From Candidatus Babeliales bacterium (GTDB lineage Bacteria; Babelota; Babeliae; Babelales; RVW-14): 64,000 nucleotides of DNA. Positions 19,324-29,415 of this stretch are shown piece by piece (position 1 is the stretch's first letter; the number at the start of each line of letters is the position of its first letter). The notes beneath the pieces were generated by a model. It was not told where the DNA came from. It did no database searches and saw only the letters and a list, made by a program, of their open reading frames with translations. The DNA is taken from NCBI GenBank assembly GCA_041662445.1, contig JBAZSL010000003.1, positions 842 through 64,841 on the forward strand. The letters run 5' to 3'. The position numbers were made by a program, and so were the translations under genes.

Positions 19324-19921
19324 CATACGCGGCGAGTGCGTCAAATTGTCTGAGCTGATGATCCAATCCCACAAAGTAACGGGATGAACCGACGGCAAGG
19401 TCACGCTGAGTTTTTTTAATGTGCTTTTTGATGGAGCTGATGCGCGCGATGATGAATTGTTCAAAATCATCTGGTTCAAAAAGCATAATGGACACCTGCT
19501 CGTCGCCATTGCCTTCAAGGATTGGCGTATAAAAAGCGATATCACGCTCGGTTTCTTGGGCAATTTTGTCGAGTATCTGGGCAAATTGTGCACATTTTGC
19601 GAATAGCGGATCGAATTCTTGCACGTGAATTTTGACCTTGCCAAGTGTGTTAAGGTGGCTGATTTTATTTTTCAAACTCTCTGCTTTGTCACGAAGTTCA
19701 TTCTGCTTGAGTGCAATTTCTTGCCCAAGATTTTTGATCGTGCCGATGGCCTGTCCGAGTGCTTCTTTGGTCGTGTCAGAAAGGGGCGTTACCGTAATCT
19801 TTTTGAGAAAACGGCGAGCAAATTCTTCTTGTTGTTGCGCTTCGGTGAGTTCTGGTTTTGCACTATCTGGTTGGTTGGTAAGTTCCGGTTGGATAGTTTC
19901 GGGATTTTTTTGATCAGTCAT
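19307..19921 (-). CDS. Hypothetical acidic, coiled-coil-like protein
   Basis: 204-aa ORF with no recognised motif. Its 3' end overlaps the convergent gene by 17 nt. Confidence 0.4.
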   Translation of the reverse strand: MTDQKNPETIQPELTNQPDSAKPELTEAQQQEEFARRFLKKITVTPLSDTTKEALGQAIGTIKNLGQEIALKQNELRDKAESLKNKISHLNTLGKVKIHVQEFDPLFAKCAQFAQILDKIAQETERDIAFYTPILEGNGDEQVSIMLFEPDDFEQFIIARISSIKKHIKKTQRDLAVGSSRYFVGLDHQLRQFDALAAYVNRLK

Positions 19922-20094
19922 GGTCTCAAGTATATGGTTACAAAATTATACAAATAACGATGCAGCCTGATTATTTTACTTTATTGAGAAAAAATGGCAA
20001 AGGGCCCCACGTGTTCGGAGCCTCCATAGGGGTTGAAATAATATATACTTGGACAAGTTATGAATGTTCAATCCTCAATAAAGGAGAATCGCCC

Positions 20095-20862
20095 ATGTAC
20101 TGTAAGATAAACAGCGTGGCATTGATGTTAGTGGTATGCCCACTTTTCAACATGTTTGCTATGAATACGGAGTCTGATGCTTTTAAGTGGGAACTTGAGT
20201 TTGCCGAGAAATATGGTGCCTCAGCAGGGATGCAAAGTAGCCTTGGGGATCGTTATATGGATGGTAATGGCGTTGAAAAGAATCCGGCCAAGGCTCTTGA
20301 GTGGCATTTAAAGGCTGCAATCGGTGGCAATATAAGGTCACAGATAATCGTGAGTACTTTTTATGCAGATGGGGTTGGGACAGAAAAGAATCCAATAGAG
20401 GCTTTTGAATGGATGCTCAAGGCTGCCAACGGTGGCTTTCATGTTGCGCAACGCAAAGTTGGTGATTTTTATGCAAAAGGTTTTGGCGTTGAGCAGGATG
20501 TAATGCAGGCTCTTGAGTGGTATATAAAATCTATACGCAACGAGGATCCTATTTCAGCGTATGCCATAGGCGAATTATACAGAGATGAAATTGGTGATCC
20601 TTGGAAGGCTTTCTCATGGTTTTTAAAGGCCGCAGAACGAGATTATTATAAAGCGCGACAAGAAGTTGCTCTCTGCTATGAAAATGGTATTGGCGTCGAG
20701 AAGAATCATGAAAACGCAATATCGTGGTCATATCCTCGATCGGTTGAATTCGATTTCGAGCTCTTTGATCGTTTGGAAACGAATAATGAATATTTAAAAA
20801 TGCAAATTGAAGAAGCTCACGCTATGGGACTTGGCGTTTATGATGAGAAGCAAGGGCTATAG
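20095..20862 (+). CDS. Secreted Sel1-like repeat (SLR) protein
   Basis: At least four or five repeats of the form G.GVEKN...A.EW..KAA..G. Start set at ATG 20095 (MYCKINSVALMLVVCPLFNMFA) behind an AAAGGAGAA SD; the ORF opens at 19960. Confidence 0.8.
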   Translation: MYCKINSVALMLVVCPLFNMFAMNTESDAFKWELEFAEKYGASAGMQSSLGDRYMDGNGVEKNPAKALEWHLKAAIGGNIRSQIIVSTFYADGVGTEKNPIEAFEWMLKAANGGFHVAQRKVGDFYAKGFGVEQDVMQALEWYIKSIRNEDPISAYAIGELYRDEIGDPWKAFSWFLKAAERDYYKARQEVALCYENGIGVEKNHENAISWSYPRSVEFDFELFDRLETNNEYLKMQIEEAHAMGLGVYDEKQGL

Positions 20863-20916
20863 TTTTCTTGCGACAAACTGTCTATCGAATCTTATCTGAC
20901 GAGTAAATTGCGGTTG

Positions 20917-20983
20917 TTATTCAAGTAGATTTGAATAAGAACCCCATACACTCCCCTCTTATTCAAGTAAAGTAGAATAAGAG
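20917..20983. terminator. Two adjacent hairpins between convergent genes (candidate bidirectional terminators)
   Basis: TTATTCAA-gtagat-TTGAATAA (20917-20938) and CTCTTATTC-aagtaaagta-GAATAAGAG (20956-20983). Both share the core TTATTCAAGTA. Confidence 0.45.
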
Positions 20984-21029
20984 ACGATAACTTTGGCCTT
21001 TCGGCCTATTTGCCATTACTGAATTGGAT

Positions 21030-21722
21030 TTAATCCGCTTTGTCGACACCAGCATGTTGTGCTGGATCAAACTTAGGATAAAGTTCCGGATGATAATTTT
21101 CTAGCGAGCAATTACTTTGTGCCCAGATATCTTTAACAAAAAAATCAAAGGCATTGCTGCCCCATAGTGGCGAATAAAAATATTTTAACGAAAGCTGTTG
21201 GGCCGCCTCTTTAAGCGCGGTGCCAATGCTGGCTAGATAAAGAAAAGAAGCAAAACCGGCTCGATGAATACCATGTTGGCAGTGAACAAGAAGAGGAAAG
21301 TTCTTTTCGTTCTTATAGATTGCCAGCAAGATTTCGAGCGTTTCTTTGCTTGGCAAGACCTCCGTCCTCATGGGGATGTTGACGAGCGTAACATTACAGG
21401 CTTGGGCAACTGCCTGTTCATCCAACCACCACTGGGGGATGCGGCCGTGAGGCATAGTGCGTAGATTGATAATGGTTTTTATGCCGAATTTTTTAATGCA
21501 TTCTTCCAACTTACGTTGTGGTAGTTGAGACGAACGGTAAAATTTGCCTTTGTGTACTTCACGAATCCGGTAGTAAAGAAGATCAGAAATATCCATGGGT
21601 ATGTTAGTTATTCTTTCGTAAAAAGAAGCTTTTGATTGGTGGTCCTGCTCATGAGGAATGGATGTCCAGCCACATGAAAACGCAGTGTAAACGAGAACGC
21701 ATAATGTTAGAACTATTTTCAT
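21030..21722 (-). CDS. Secreted Cys-based (CX5R) protein-tyrosine/dual-specificity phosphatase, PFA-DSP/Siw14-like
   Basis: Active-site loop VHCQHGIHRAG (HCx5R), preceded by GIKTIINLR. Signal peptide MKIVLTLCVLVYTAFS from ATG 21722 (GGAAGGA SD). Confidence 0.65.
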   Translation of the reverse strand: MKIVLTLCVLVYTAFSCGWTSIPHEQDHQSKASFYERITNIPMDISDLLYYRIREVHKGKFYRSSQLPQRKLEECIKKFGIKTIINLRTMPHGRIPQWWLDEQAVAQACNVTLVNIPMRTEVLPSKETLEILLAIYKNEKNFPLLVHCQHGIHRAGFASFLYLASIGTALKEAAQQLSLKYFYSPLWGSNAFDFFVKDIWAQSNCSLENYHPELYPKFDPAQHAGVDKAD

Positions 21723-21978
21723 ACGTGTTCCTTCCAAAAACGCTTTGGCAGGCGAAAACTTTTATTATTCAATCTGGAGTTAAGATTATAGCGTAAGGAT
21801 GAAAAGGCTCAAATTGTGCGGAGAAAGCAGCGTTTTTGCCATCTTCGCTTCTGCATTCCACAATTGTATCGATCGAGAGAACCATCCAGGGTGACGGCGT
21901 ATACTCTACAAGATTGAAATTCTTGTTTTATACCGTGTAGGTGGTAGCCTAGCATAAATTACGGAGGCAGTGGTGAAG

Positions 21979-22998
21979 ATGAAAAAGATGATCTTGCTGA
22001 CGGGGGGATTAGGTTTCATCGGCTCGGTTACCGCGCATGTTCTGAGGAGCTTGGGTTACCAGATTGTCATCATCGATAAATTGCTACATCGTCAGACCTG
22101 TACTGCTCCTTGGGCGCATGTCATTAAGGGCGATATTACCAATCGAGCTCTCCTTCAGAGTATTTTTGATGAATATGATTTTGCAGCAGTAATGCACTTT
22201 GCAGGACTGATTGAGGTTGGTGAATCGGTGATACACCCTGATCTGTTCTACAGCAACAACGTTATCGGCTCGCTGACACTTCTTGATGTAATGCGTGCGC
22301 ATGGTGTTTCAAATTTTGTATTTTCCTCAAGTTGTGCGGTTTATGGAACGCCTCAGTATGTTCCTCTTGATGAAAAGCATGCGTGTGCGCCCGTGAGCCC
22401 CTATGGTAAAACTAAACATGCGGTTGAATATGCGCTCCAGGATTATGCCGCAGCATTTGATATGCGTTTTGTTATATTGCGCTACTTTAATGCGGCCGGC
22501 GCATTGCCAGCAGAAAATCTTGGCGAATGTCATGATCCAGAAACGCATGCTATTCCCTTGTTGCTTCGTGCAGCGCGAGAAGGTAAGTCGTTTTCAATTT
22601 TTGGTACCGATTATGATACTCCAGATGGTACCTGTATTCGTGATTATGTACATGTTCATGATATTGCACAGGCGCATGCCAATGCAGTGAACTATTTAAT
22701 GCAGGGTGGCGTATCAGAGATTTGTAATCTTGGTACGGGTAATGGTTATAGTGTTCGTGAATTGATTACAACAGCACAACGCATATGTGGCTGGAAAATT
22801 TTAACCACGGCATGTGCCCGACGATCGGGCGACGTTGCCATCTTAGTAGCAAATGCAACCAAAGCGTCGACCCTCTTGGGATGGAAGCCGGTGCGATCTG
22901 ACCTTGACACCATCATGCGTGATGCGTGGGCATGGGAACAAAAACTTCTTGTGGCGCGAACAACTCCTCAACCAATAACGTCATCGGATAATGATTGA
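21979..22998 (+). CDS. galE: UDP-glucose 4-epimerase
   Basis: Rossmann motif LLTGGLGFIGS, catalytic YGKTKHAVE (YxxxK), and CIRDYVHVHDIAQAH. The ORF opens at GTG 21970; ATG 21979 follows the ACGGAGG SD. Confidence 0.9.
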   Translation: MKKMILLTGGLGFIGSVTAHVLRSLGYQIVIIDKLLHRQTCTAPWAHVIKGDITNRALLQSIFDEYDFAAVMHFAGLIEVGESVIHPDLFYSNNVIGSLTLLDVMRAHGVSNFVFSSSCAVYGTPQYVPLDEKHACAPVSPYGKTKHAVEYALQDYAAAFDMRFVILRYFNAAGALPAENLGECHDPETHAIPLLLRAAREGKSFSIFGTDYDTPDGTCIRDYVHVHDIAQAHANAVNYLMQGGVSEICNLGTGNGYSVRELITTAQRICGWKILTTACARRSGDVAILVANATKASTLLGWKPVRSDLDTIMRDAWAWEQKLLVARTTPQPITSSDND

Positions 22999-24523
22999 GG
23001 GCATCGTGGTATCCCTGAGCAAAAATGATAAAATTTTTCTGGGCGTTCTTTTTGTTGTCTCGTTTCTTATCCGCGCATTTGTTTATCAGATGTATATACG
23101 GCAGGATCAGCGCTATTGGCAAGTTGATTCAGCAACCTATCATCGCGTTGCAACCAGTATTGCGCAAGGCCATGGAATTTCTCTCCCCAATGGACAGCCG
23201 AATTTTTACCGTTTGCCTGGTTACCCCGTTTTTATCGCCTTTTTTTATAAGCTGTGGGGCAATGATCCTGAAAAAGCCTTATGGGCTCAGGTTGTGCTTG
23301 CATCATGTATTCCATTGCTTATCTTTTTACTTGCCGGTGTTATTTTCCCGCGCCGGCGTTGGCTTGCATATGGTGCGGGTGTTTTAAGCGCGCTGCATCT
23401 TGGGCTTGTACTCTACAGCAGTTTTTTTATGACCGAGTCGCTCTTCATTTTTCTCTTCCTCTGCTTTTGTCTTTATTTCTTTGCGGCGGTGCATCTATGG
23501 TTTTGTGACGAAAAAGAACTTGCGCCCATTGTTCAGTGCCACGGGACCGCTCCTGTGTGGCGATGGATGCCGGAAGGTGCTGCCGCTGTTCCATCATATG
23601 AAAAATTTTATGAACGTTTGCAGTACGGCAAAGAAATGAGCTGTGCCCCGTGCCGTGGTAATCCGCAGACGCAGTATCTTTTTATAGCAGGTATTTTTCT
23701 TGGGCTGTCTTCATTGGTTCGTCCCGTTGGCCATTATATGCTGGCAGTTGCCCTTTGTATGCTCCTTTGTTCGCGGGGTACATGGACAGCGCGTATTCGA
23801 GGTTCATGCGCAGTGAGTAGCGCATGGTTGTTGATGGTGGCTGCGTGGCTGATACGTAACTATATGCTGTTGGGCCACCTCTTTTTTCATACGCTTCCGG
23901 GCGGACACTTTCTTTATTTATCTGCGGCACGCGTTGCAATGCATCCTCAGCAGTGTTCGTATCAACAGGCGCGGAATAATCTTGCGCGTGAGGTGCACGA
24001 TCTTATTGCTCATCAAGAACACGACGAGGGGCATACTCTTAACGAGATTGAGCGGTGTTATGCGCACGAAGCAGTTGCGCGCCATTATTTTATTTCCTAT
24101 CCGTTCATTACACTCAAGACGTGGTTAACTGATATGACTCGGACGAGCCTCTCGCTGTATTCTTCAGAGCTTGTCTTTCTGGAATCTGGCCGTGTCGAAT
24201 ATGATTATTTTGCAAAGAATCGTACATGGTGGGACATGTTTAAACGCTACCTGATGTCCAACACCACGAACATGTGCCTGAGGGCAATTGTGTATGGCGA
24301 AATTATCATTTTTTTCCTGATACTTCTTGGCTTTATGATAGGATTTTTGTCGATGTTATGCGGAAGGTATTCACGTGCGGCTACCTGTTCATGCTTGCGT
24401 ATGCTTCCCTTTATGACATTGTTTATCATCGTTGCGCTTTCGGGCGGGTATGCACGTATGCGTTTGCCGATCGAGCCCTTGCTCTTGATTTGTTCTTTGT
24501 ACGGTTGGCTGATTCATGATTGA
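22991..24523 (+). CDS. Polytopic GT-C-like glycosyltransferase, family A paralog 1 (ArnT/PMT_2-like)
   Basis: About 12 TM helices. First-loop motif DSATYHRVATSIAQGHGISLPNGQPNFYRLPGYPVFIA. Mid motifs SLVRPVGHY and WLIRNYMLLGHLFFHTLPGGHFL. C-terminal ARMRLPIEP. 8-nt overlap with galE. Confidence 0.65.
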   Translation: MIEGIVVSLSKNDKIFLGVLFVVSFLIRAFVYQMYIRQDQRYWQVDSATYHRVATSIAQGHGISLPNGQPNFYRLPGYPVFIAFFYKLWGNDPEKALWAQVVLASCIPLLIFLLAGVIFPRRRWLAYGAGVLSALHLGLVLYSSFFMTESLFIFLFLCFCLYFFAAVHLWFCDEKELAPIVQCHGTAPVWRWMPEGAAAVPSYEKFYERLQYGKEMSCAPCRGNPQTQYLFIAGIFLGLSSLVRPVGHYMLAVALCMLLCSRGTWTARIRGSCAVSSAWLLMVAAWLIRNYMLLGHLFFHTLPGGHFLYLSAARVAMHPQQCSYQQARNNLAREVHDLIAHQEHDEGHTLNEIERCYAHEAVARHYFISYPFITLKTWLTDMTRTSLSLYSSELVFLESGRVEYDYFAKNRTWWDMFKRYLMSNTTNMCLRAIVYGEIIIFFLILLGFMIGFLSMLCGRYSRAATCSCLRMLPFMTLFIIVALSGGYARMRLPIEPLLLICSLYGWLIHD

Positions 24524-26312
24524 GTTAGTGAAAAAATGTGTACATCCTCTGAGTAGTTTTTTTGCGCAACATCCACGGCTGACCATTGGTTTTGTGGCAT
24601 TGAGTGTAAGAATTATCGTTGCGTATATTTTTTATGGAAGTTGTGACATCGATGCCTTCACCGAAATTATCGGCTGTATTGTGCTTGATGGTCCGATATC
24701 ATATGGCATCAAAAATTGGAACATGTTGCCTTCGATATCATTTTACCTCTGGTTTGCAGGCTTTTTGGCGGCCAAAACACCGCTGCTCCTTGCGCTATGT
24801 ATTAAATTAATTCCAATTTTCTGTGATGCGGCATTGGCGCTCTTACTGTATGAAATTGTGTTTGTGCAAAGATCTGCGCAGGCGTTTGGCGTTGGCCTTT
24901 TGTATGCACTTTGTCCTGTGTGCGTTGTAATAAATGCAATCCACGGACAATGGGAATCGGTCTTTTTGCTCCCGCTGCTCTTAAGCTTTTATGTGAGAGA
25001 ATACGGAGCCCCATCGTACACAACATCAGTAATTTTTGGAGCACTCTTCGGATTATCAGTTCTCATAAAGCCCGTAAGTTTACTTTTTTTACCATTCTTT
25101 TTCACACCATGTCCTGGAGTGGCGCATGCCCTTGGTCGGTGGTGGCATTATTTAAAAATTATGGGGATTGTGGGTGTTGGTATTGCTAGTGGAATAGGGG
25201 CTTTTCTTGGGTGTACAAAGTATCGGCTCATGGAGGGTTATCCCTTTATCCTGCACTATCGATTAACGTTGAGCGTTTTAGCTTTCTGTGTACTCATGGT
25301 GCTTGTAGGTATGATTAAAAAAATTATTACACTTTCGCCGCAGTTTAAACGGTATGCCGTGCTCCAGCTTGCGGCAATGGCAAGTTTTATGGTGGTAATG
25401 GGTGGCGCATTCTTAGCGTTTACGCTTTTAAAATTTAACCTTTTGGGATTACTTGATACGTGCCTTCGTTATGCCAATAAGGGTCCTCAAGGCTTTGGCC
25501 TCCGTTTAGTTGTTTCATCTATCTGGCCATTGTTGGGAAGCATAATGGAAAATCGCTTGGTCCTGTTGCTCTGGGTTGCCGCGAGTGCGTGGGCCTATTA
25601 TCGACAGAAAATTGATGTGTTTGATGCCATGGTAGTGGTTTTTGCTGGAATTTTTGGCTTCTCAGGCTTGTGTCCGCACTACCTCATATGGCTTGTTCCC
25701 TGTGCTCTTCTTGTTGGTATGTATTGCAGTATTGGCCTCTATGGTTTTCTTACCACGCTCTTGTACGCCATGTACTACAACCCACCACAGCAATGCGATT
25801 GGGCGTTTTTGTATCGCCTGAGTTTTGCACCGCTATCATCATATTCATGGCTTGCACCGCATGAATGGTTAAAAACGAATGACATTGTTGTGCCGTTAAT
25901 GGCATTAGTGGGTAATTGGCTCATTCCGTTAAGTTGTTGGCTTATGGTGTGGCAGATAGCGATAAAAAATCGTCATGAAAGAAGCACCTCATGCGATGCA
26001 AAAAAACATAACGGCATTCCTGGTAGGTGGTTTATTACGCTGATCATTGGCGTTTCAGGCATGATATTGTTGTTAATGTGCGTGACCGATCACCAAACTT
26101 TAGCGGTTACGTTTAATCAGAAAGCTCTTGCCCGCTATGCGCCTTATGCCATTGTGTGTAACGGTGCTTACGTCCTGCGATCAATGGATATTATGCGCGC
26201 AGCGGCATTGCCCTATTGTAATGCCGTGACCCTCTTGTTGCTGTGGGGCGTGTTGTGGTCGCTGGGTATTGTGTGGTTTGGGTTCACACAGCGGCACAAG
26301 GTACTAACGTGA
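24516..26312 (+). CDS. Polytopic GT-C-like membrane protein, family B paralog 1
   Basis: 598 aa with more than 12 TM helices. AYIFYGSCDIDAF, IHGQWESV, CLRYANKGPQGFGL and CPHYLIWLVP are shared with the next gene. 8-nt overlap (ATGATTGA) with the upstream gene. Confidence 0.55.
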   Translation: MIELVKKCVHPLSSFFAQHPRLTIGFVALSVRIIVAYIFYGSCDIDAFTEIIGCIVLDGPISYGIKNWNMLPSISFYLWFAGFLAAKTPLLLALCIKLIPIFCDAALALLLYEIVFVQRSAQAFGVGLLYALCPVCVVINAIHGQWESVFLLPLLLSFYVREYGAPSYTTSVIFGALFGLSVLIKPVSLLFLPFFFTPCPGVAHALGRWWHYLKIMGIVGVGIASGIGAFLGCTKYRLMEGYPFILHYRLTLSVLAFCVLMVLVGMIKKIITLSPQFKRYAVLQLAAMASFMVVMGGAFLAFTLLKFNLLGLLDTCLRYANKGPQGFGLRLVVSSIWPLLGSIMENRLVLLLWVAASAWAYYRQKIDVFDAMVVVFAGIFGFSGLCPHYLIWLVPCALLVGMYCSIGLYGFLTTLLYAMYYNPPQQCDWAFLYRLSFAPLSSYSWLAPHEWLKTNDIVVPLMALVGNWLIPLSCWLMVWQIAIKNRHERSTSCDAKKHNGIPGRWFITLIIGVSGMILLLMCVTDHQTLAVTFNQKALARYAPYAIVCNGAYVLRSMDIMRAAALPYCNAVTLLLLWGVLWSLGIVWFGFTQRHKVLT

Positions 26313-28045
26313 AAAATGCGCTACACCGGATACTCATCTTTTTTCTTGCCATAGTTGTTCGTGTTCTTCCGGCATACATTTTTTATGGAAGTATCGACGT
26401 ATCAGCTTTTATCGGTATACACGCGCATACGCTCAACCATACATTGGAACTTTATCCAGCAGCGATATGGTGTTCTTTCCCGGTCATTCCATTTTATTTA
26501 TGGTTGTGTGGCTTAATAAGCATACTCACCAGTTTGCCGCTCGCATTCTGTTTTAAAACAATACCAATTTTTTTTGATGCTCTGCTTGCCGTGCTTCTGT
26601 TCGACCTCGTGCGTCACGTGCGGCCACAGCATGCTCTGCGTGTTGGTGTGCTCTACGCGCTTTCTCCCGTTGCCATTATTATTACCTGCATTCATGGCCA
26701 ATGGGAGGCGTTGCCCATATTTTTCTTTGTGCTTGCACTGTATGTACGTACCTGTTTTCAGGATTCATACAAAAAATATTTTATGTACGGTGCGCTGTTT
26801 GCTTTTTCGTTTCTCCTTAAACCACTGCCCATGGTATTTGGGTTATTCTTCTTTGTGCCGTGGCCATTCCTGCGACAGCATCTTGGTCGATTGTATTCCA
26901 TCATGTGTGTTCTCGGTTCGGTGGCGATAGCGCTTATCGGAGTCGTTTTTGTTGCATGTAAAATAAATCGTTCATTATCTCTGAGCGCGTGCATGCGACA
27001 TGTTGCAGTATCCCCTTATCTGCTCGGCAGTGTTGGTGCATTAGTTGTGCTTGGTGTTGTTCTTGTTGTATCTGTAAAGCCATGGTTAACATGGCCGCCT
27101 GATTTTAAAAAATATCTTGCATATCAGCTGAGTGGGATTGTCGGCGCGCTTGTGATGATCGGGATATGTTTTATAGCGCTTACAGCATATGGCTTTAATG
27201 TGATCTGTATGATTGATAAAGTGTTGCGTTACTTCAATCAAGGAATTCAGACGTGTGGGTTGCCCTTCGGCTATCCCTTTAATCAGGGCGTTTTTGCGCT
27301 CGTGCTCAAAAATCGCGTGTGGCTTATGATGGTAATAGCATTTTTTGCGGTGCTTTATTATTACGAGAAATTTGATATTTTCCATGCGGTTCTTGCAAGC
27401 CTCATGCTCATTTTTGGCGCCTCTGGTATTTCGCCGCAGTACCTGCTATGGATTCCGCCTTTTTTATTGATTACCGGTTTTTATCGTGTTGCAGCTCTGT
27501 TTACGATTGCTGGCACTGCTTTTTTTTCTGTTTACTACATGCATCCGATGACCAATCCTGTGGTTCCTTATCAAAGTATGCTGAGTTTTGCAGCGCTTAA
27601 GCCTTGTGCCTGGTTAATGCCGCCCTCATTTCTGATGCAAGAGTGGAGTCTTATGTGTGTAAAAGCTCTTGGTAATTATAGTGTGCCGCTGGTGTGTTTG
27701 GGAACCGTTGCTGCAGTGCTGTGGTATGTTCGCAGCGGAACATTAAGGCTTAATTTTTCTGACCAGCAACCATTGTGCATCATAAAAAACGGATATCTCA
27801 TGGCAAGTTTTTGCCTTACGGCAGGTATCGCATTGCTTATGGCAGTAGTTACGCAAACGGGCCATGCTGAAATTTTTAGATGCCGTTATGCCCAGGCGTT
27901 AGATGCCTACAACGTTGTGTATATCGGCTCGTATGTGACAGGGAATTACGGACCGATAAAAATATACAATATAATTTTTTTGCTGAGTCTTCTTACTCTT
28001 GTGTGGAGTGTGAGTGTATGGCACATGCGCGAGAAAAAAACATAA
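26309..28045 (+). CDS. Polytopic GT-C-like membrane protein, family B paralog 2
   Basis: AYIFYGSIDVSAF, IHGQWEAL, VLRYFNQGIQTCGL and SPQYLLWIPP parallel the upstream paralog. The ORF opens at 26243; GTG 26309 gives a GTGA overlap with the upstream stop. Confidence 0.55.
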   Translation: MKNALHRILIFFLAIVVRVLPAYIFYGSIDVSAFIGIHAHTLNHTLELYPAAIWCSFPVIPFYLWLCGLISILTSLPLAFCFKTIPIFFDALLAVLLFDLVRHVRPQHALRVGVLYALSPVAIIITCIHGQWEALPIFFFVLALYVRTCFQDSYKKYFMYGALFAFSFLLKPLPMVFGLFFFVPWPFLRQHLGRLYSIMCVLGSVAIALIGVVFVACKINRSLSLSACMRHVAVSPYLLGSVGALVVLGVVLVVSVKPWLTWPPDFKKYLAYQLSGIVGALVMIGICFIALTAYGFNVICMIDKVLRYFNQGIQTCGLPFGYPFNQGVFALVLKNRVWLMMVIAFFAVLYYYEKFDIFHAVLASLMLIFGASGISPQYLLWIPPFLLITGFYRVAALFTIAGTAFFSVYYMHPMTNPVVPYQSMLSFAALKPCAWLMPPSFLMQEWSLMCVKALGNYSVPLVCLGTVAAVLWYVRSGTLRLNFSDQQPLCIIKNGYLMASFCLTAGIALLMAVVTQTGHAEIFRCRYAQALDAYNVVYIGSYVTGNYGPIKIYNIIFLLSLLTLVWSVSVWHMREKKT

Positions 28046-29415
28046 TAATAGGGCAGCGTCGCTTTCTGCTGGCGATATTTGTGTTTGCTTTGATCATAAG
28101 GCTAGCCTTATTTTTCGCTTTTTTGCGGCAGGGAACTAATGCATGGTTGCCATTTGATTCTGATCAGTACTATCGTATTGCGCACAACATTGCCGCAGGC
28201 AACGGTATGTGTTTGGTGCCCGGCGAGCCGCAAATGTACCGTCTTCCTGGGTATCCGTTATTTTTGGCGCTGGCGTTACCATTGGGTGGAATTGAACGTG
28301 CGTTACTTTTTCAACTAGTGCTTTCATGTCTCATTCCTATACTCATTTTCTTCCTTGCATTGCAGCTCAAGTTTTCGCTTTCATGTGCGCGCCTGGCTGC
28401 GGTGTTGAGTTGTGTGCATGCCGGTTTGATTACCTATGCTGGTATGGTAGCAACAGAAACATTGTTTCTTGTTTTTTTACTTCTGTTCTTTATTATTTTT
28501 TTACCCTATGTGCGCATGCAGTGGTGTGTGATACCAGTTCATAACTCGATTTATCGTATGATAGGGGCCGGAGTACTTCTTGGCATCGTTTCACTTATTC
28601 GTCCTGTTGGCCATTACCTGGTGATTCTTTCAGTAATCATGCTTATGGTGGGAGCATCAATGCGCGAATGGTTGAGGAACGCCGGTGCGCTTGTTCTTGG
28701 ATGGGGATTATTAGTTGCTCCTTGGGTTGTACGAAATTTTTTTCTTACAGGAGCTTTGCTTTTTCATTCATTGCCCGGGTTGCATTTTCTTCAATATACT
28801 GCCGCATACATCGTTATGGAGCGTGATCATTGTTCGTATGGCGATGCACGTCCGTTGCTTATGCACCAACGTGATGAGGCTATTGCTCAACGCATAGCAC
28901 ACCAGCGGCGGCCACTTACCGAATATGAGGCATGCTGTTGCGCACAAAAGATTGCGACATCATATGTGTATGCATATCCCTGGCTTTTTATAAAAACAGC
29001 ATGCGTGCAAATGCTTAAAACGTGTTGCGGCCTTTATGCCGCACAGCCCTTGATGACTGATGCCTACCGCTGGCCGTCGTATACCTATGCCACAACAACA
29101 TGGACCAAAATAAAACGGTTTCTTTTTCCTGCCGTGCGTCATTGTTGCCTTATTTTTTTTATTTACTACGAACTATTTTTGTGGCTCATGATGATCATTG
29201 GGTTGTGCGGTGCGTGTTTGAGCGCTTTTTACGATAAGACGTTGAGCTGTGCTTTGGCAAAAGCAGCGCCGTATGTGGTGCTGTTGGTTGGTGTTACGTT
29301 GGCGTATGGTTGTGCGCGCTTACGATTACCGGTTGAACCATTTATTATTATTTTTTCAGGAGCTGGGTGGTTATGGTTACGTGGTCGGTGGTTAAAAAAG
29401 AAAAATATTTTCTGA
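28018..29415 (+). CDS. Polytopic GT-C-like glycosyltransferase, family A paralog 2
   Basis: FDSDQYYRIAHNIAAGNGMCLVPGEPQMYRLPGYPLFLA, SLIRPVGHY, WVVRNFFLTGALLFHSLPGLHFL, and C-terminal YGCARLRLPVEP. ATG 28018 overlaps the upstream gene by 28 nt. Confidence 0.65.
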   Translation: MAHAREKNIIIGQRRFLLAIFVFALIIRLALFFAFLRQGTNAWLPFDSDQYYRIAHNIAAGNGMCLVPGEPQMYRLPGYPLFLALALPLGGIERALLFQLVLSCLIPILIFFLALQLKFSLSCARLAAVLSCVHAGLITYAGMVATETLFLVFLLLFFIIFLPYVRMQWCVIPVHNSIYRMIGAGVLLGIVSLIRPVGHYLVILSVIMLMVGASMREWLRNAGALVLGWGLLVAPWVVRNFFLTGALLFHSLPGLHFLQYTAAYIVMERDHCSYGDARPLLMHQRDEAIAQRIAHQRRPLTEYEACCCAQKIATSYVYAYPWLFIKTACVQMLKTCCGLYAAQPLMTDAYRWPSYTYATTTWTKIKRFLFPAVRHCCLIFFIYYELFLWLMMIIGLCGACLSAFYDKTLSCALAKAAPYVVLLVGVTLAYGCARLRLPVEPFIIIFSGAGWLWLRGRWLKKKNIF

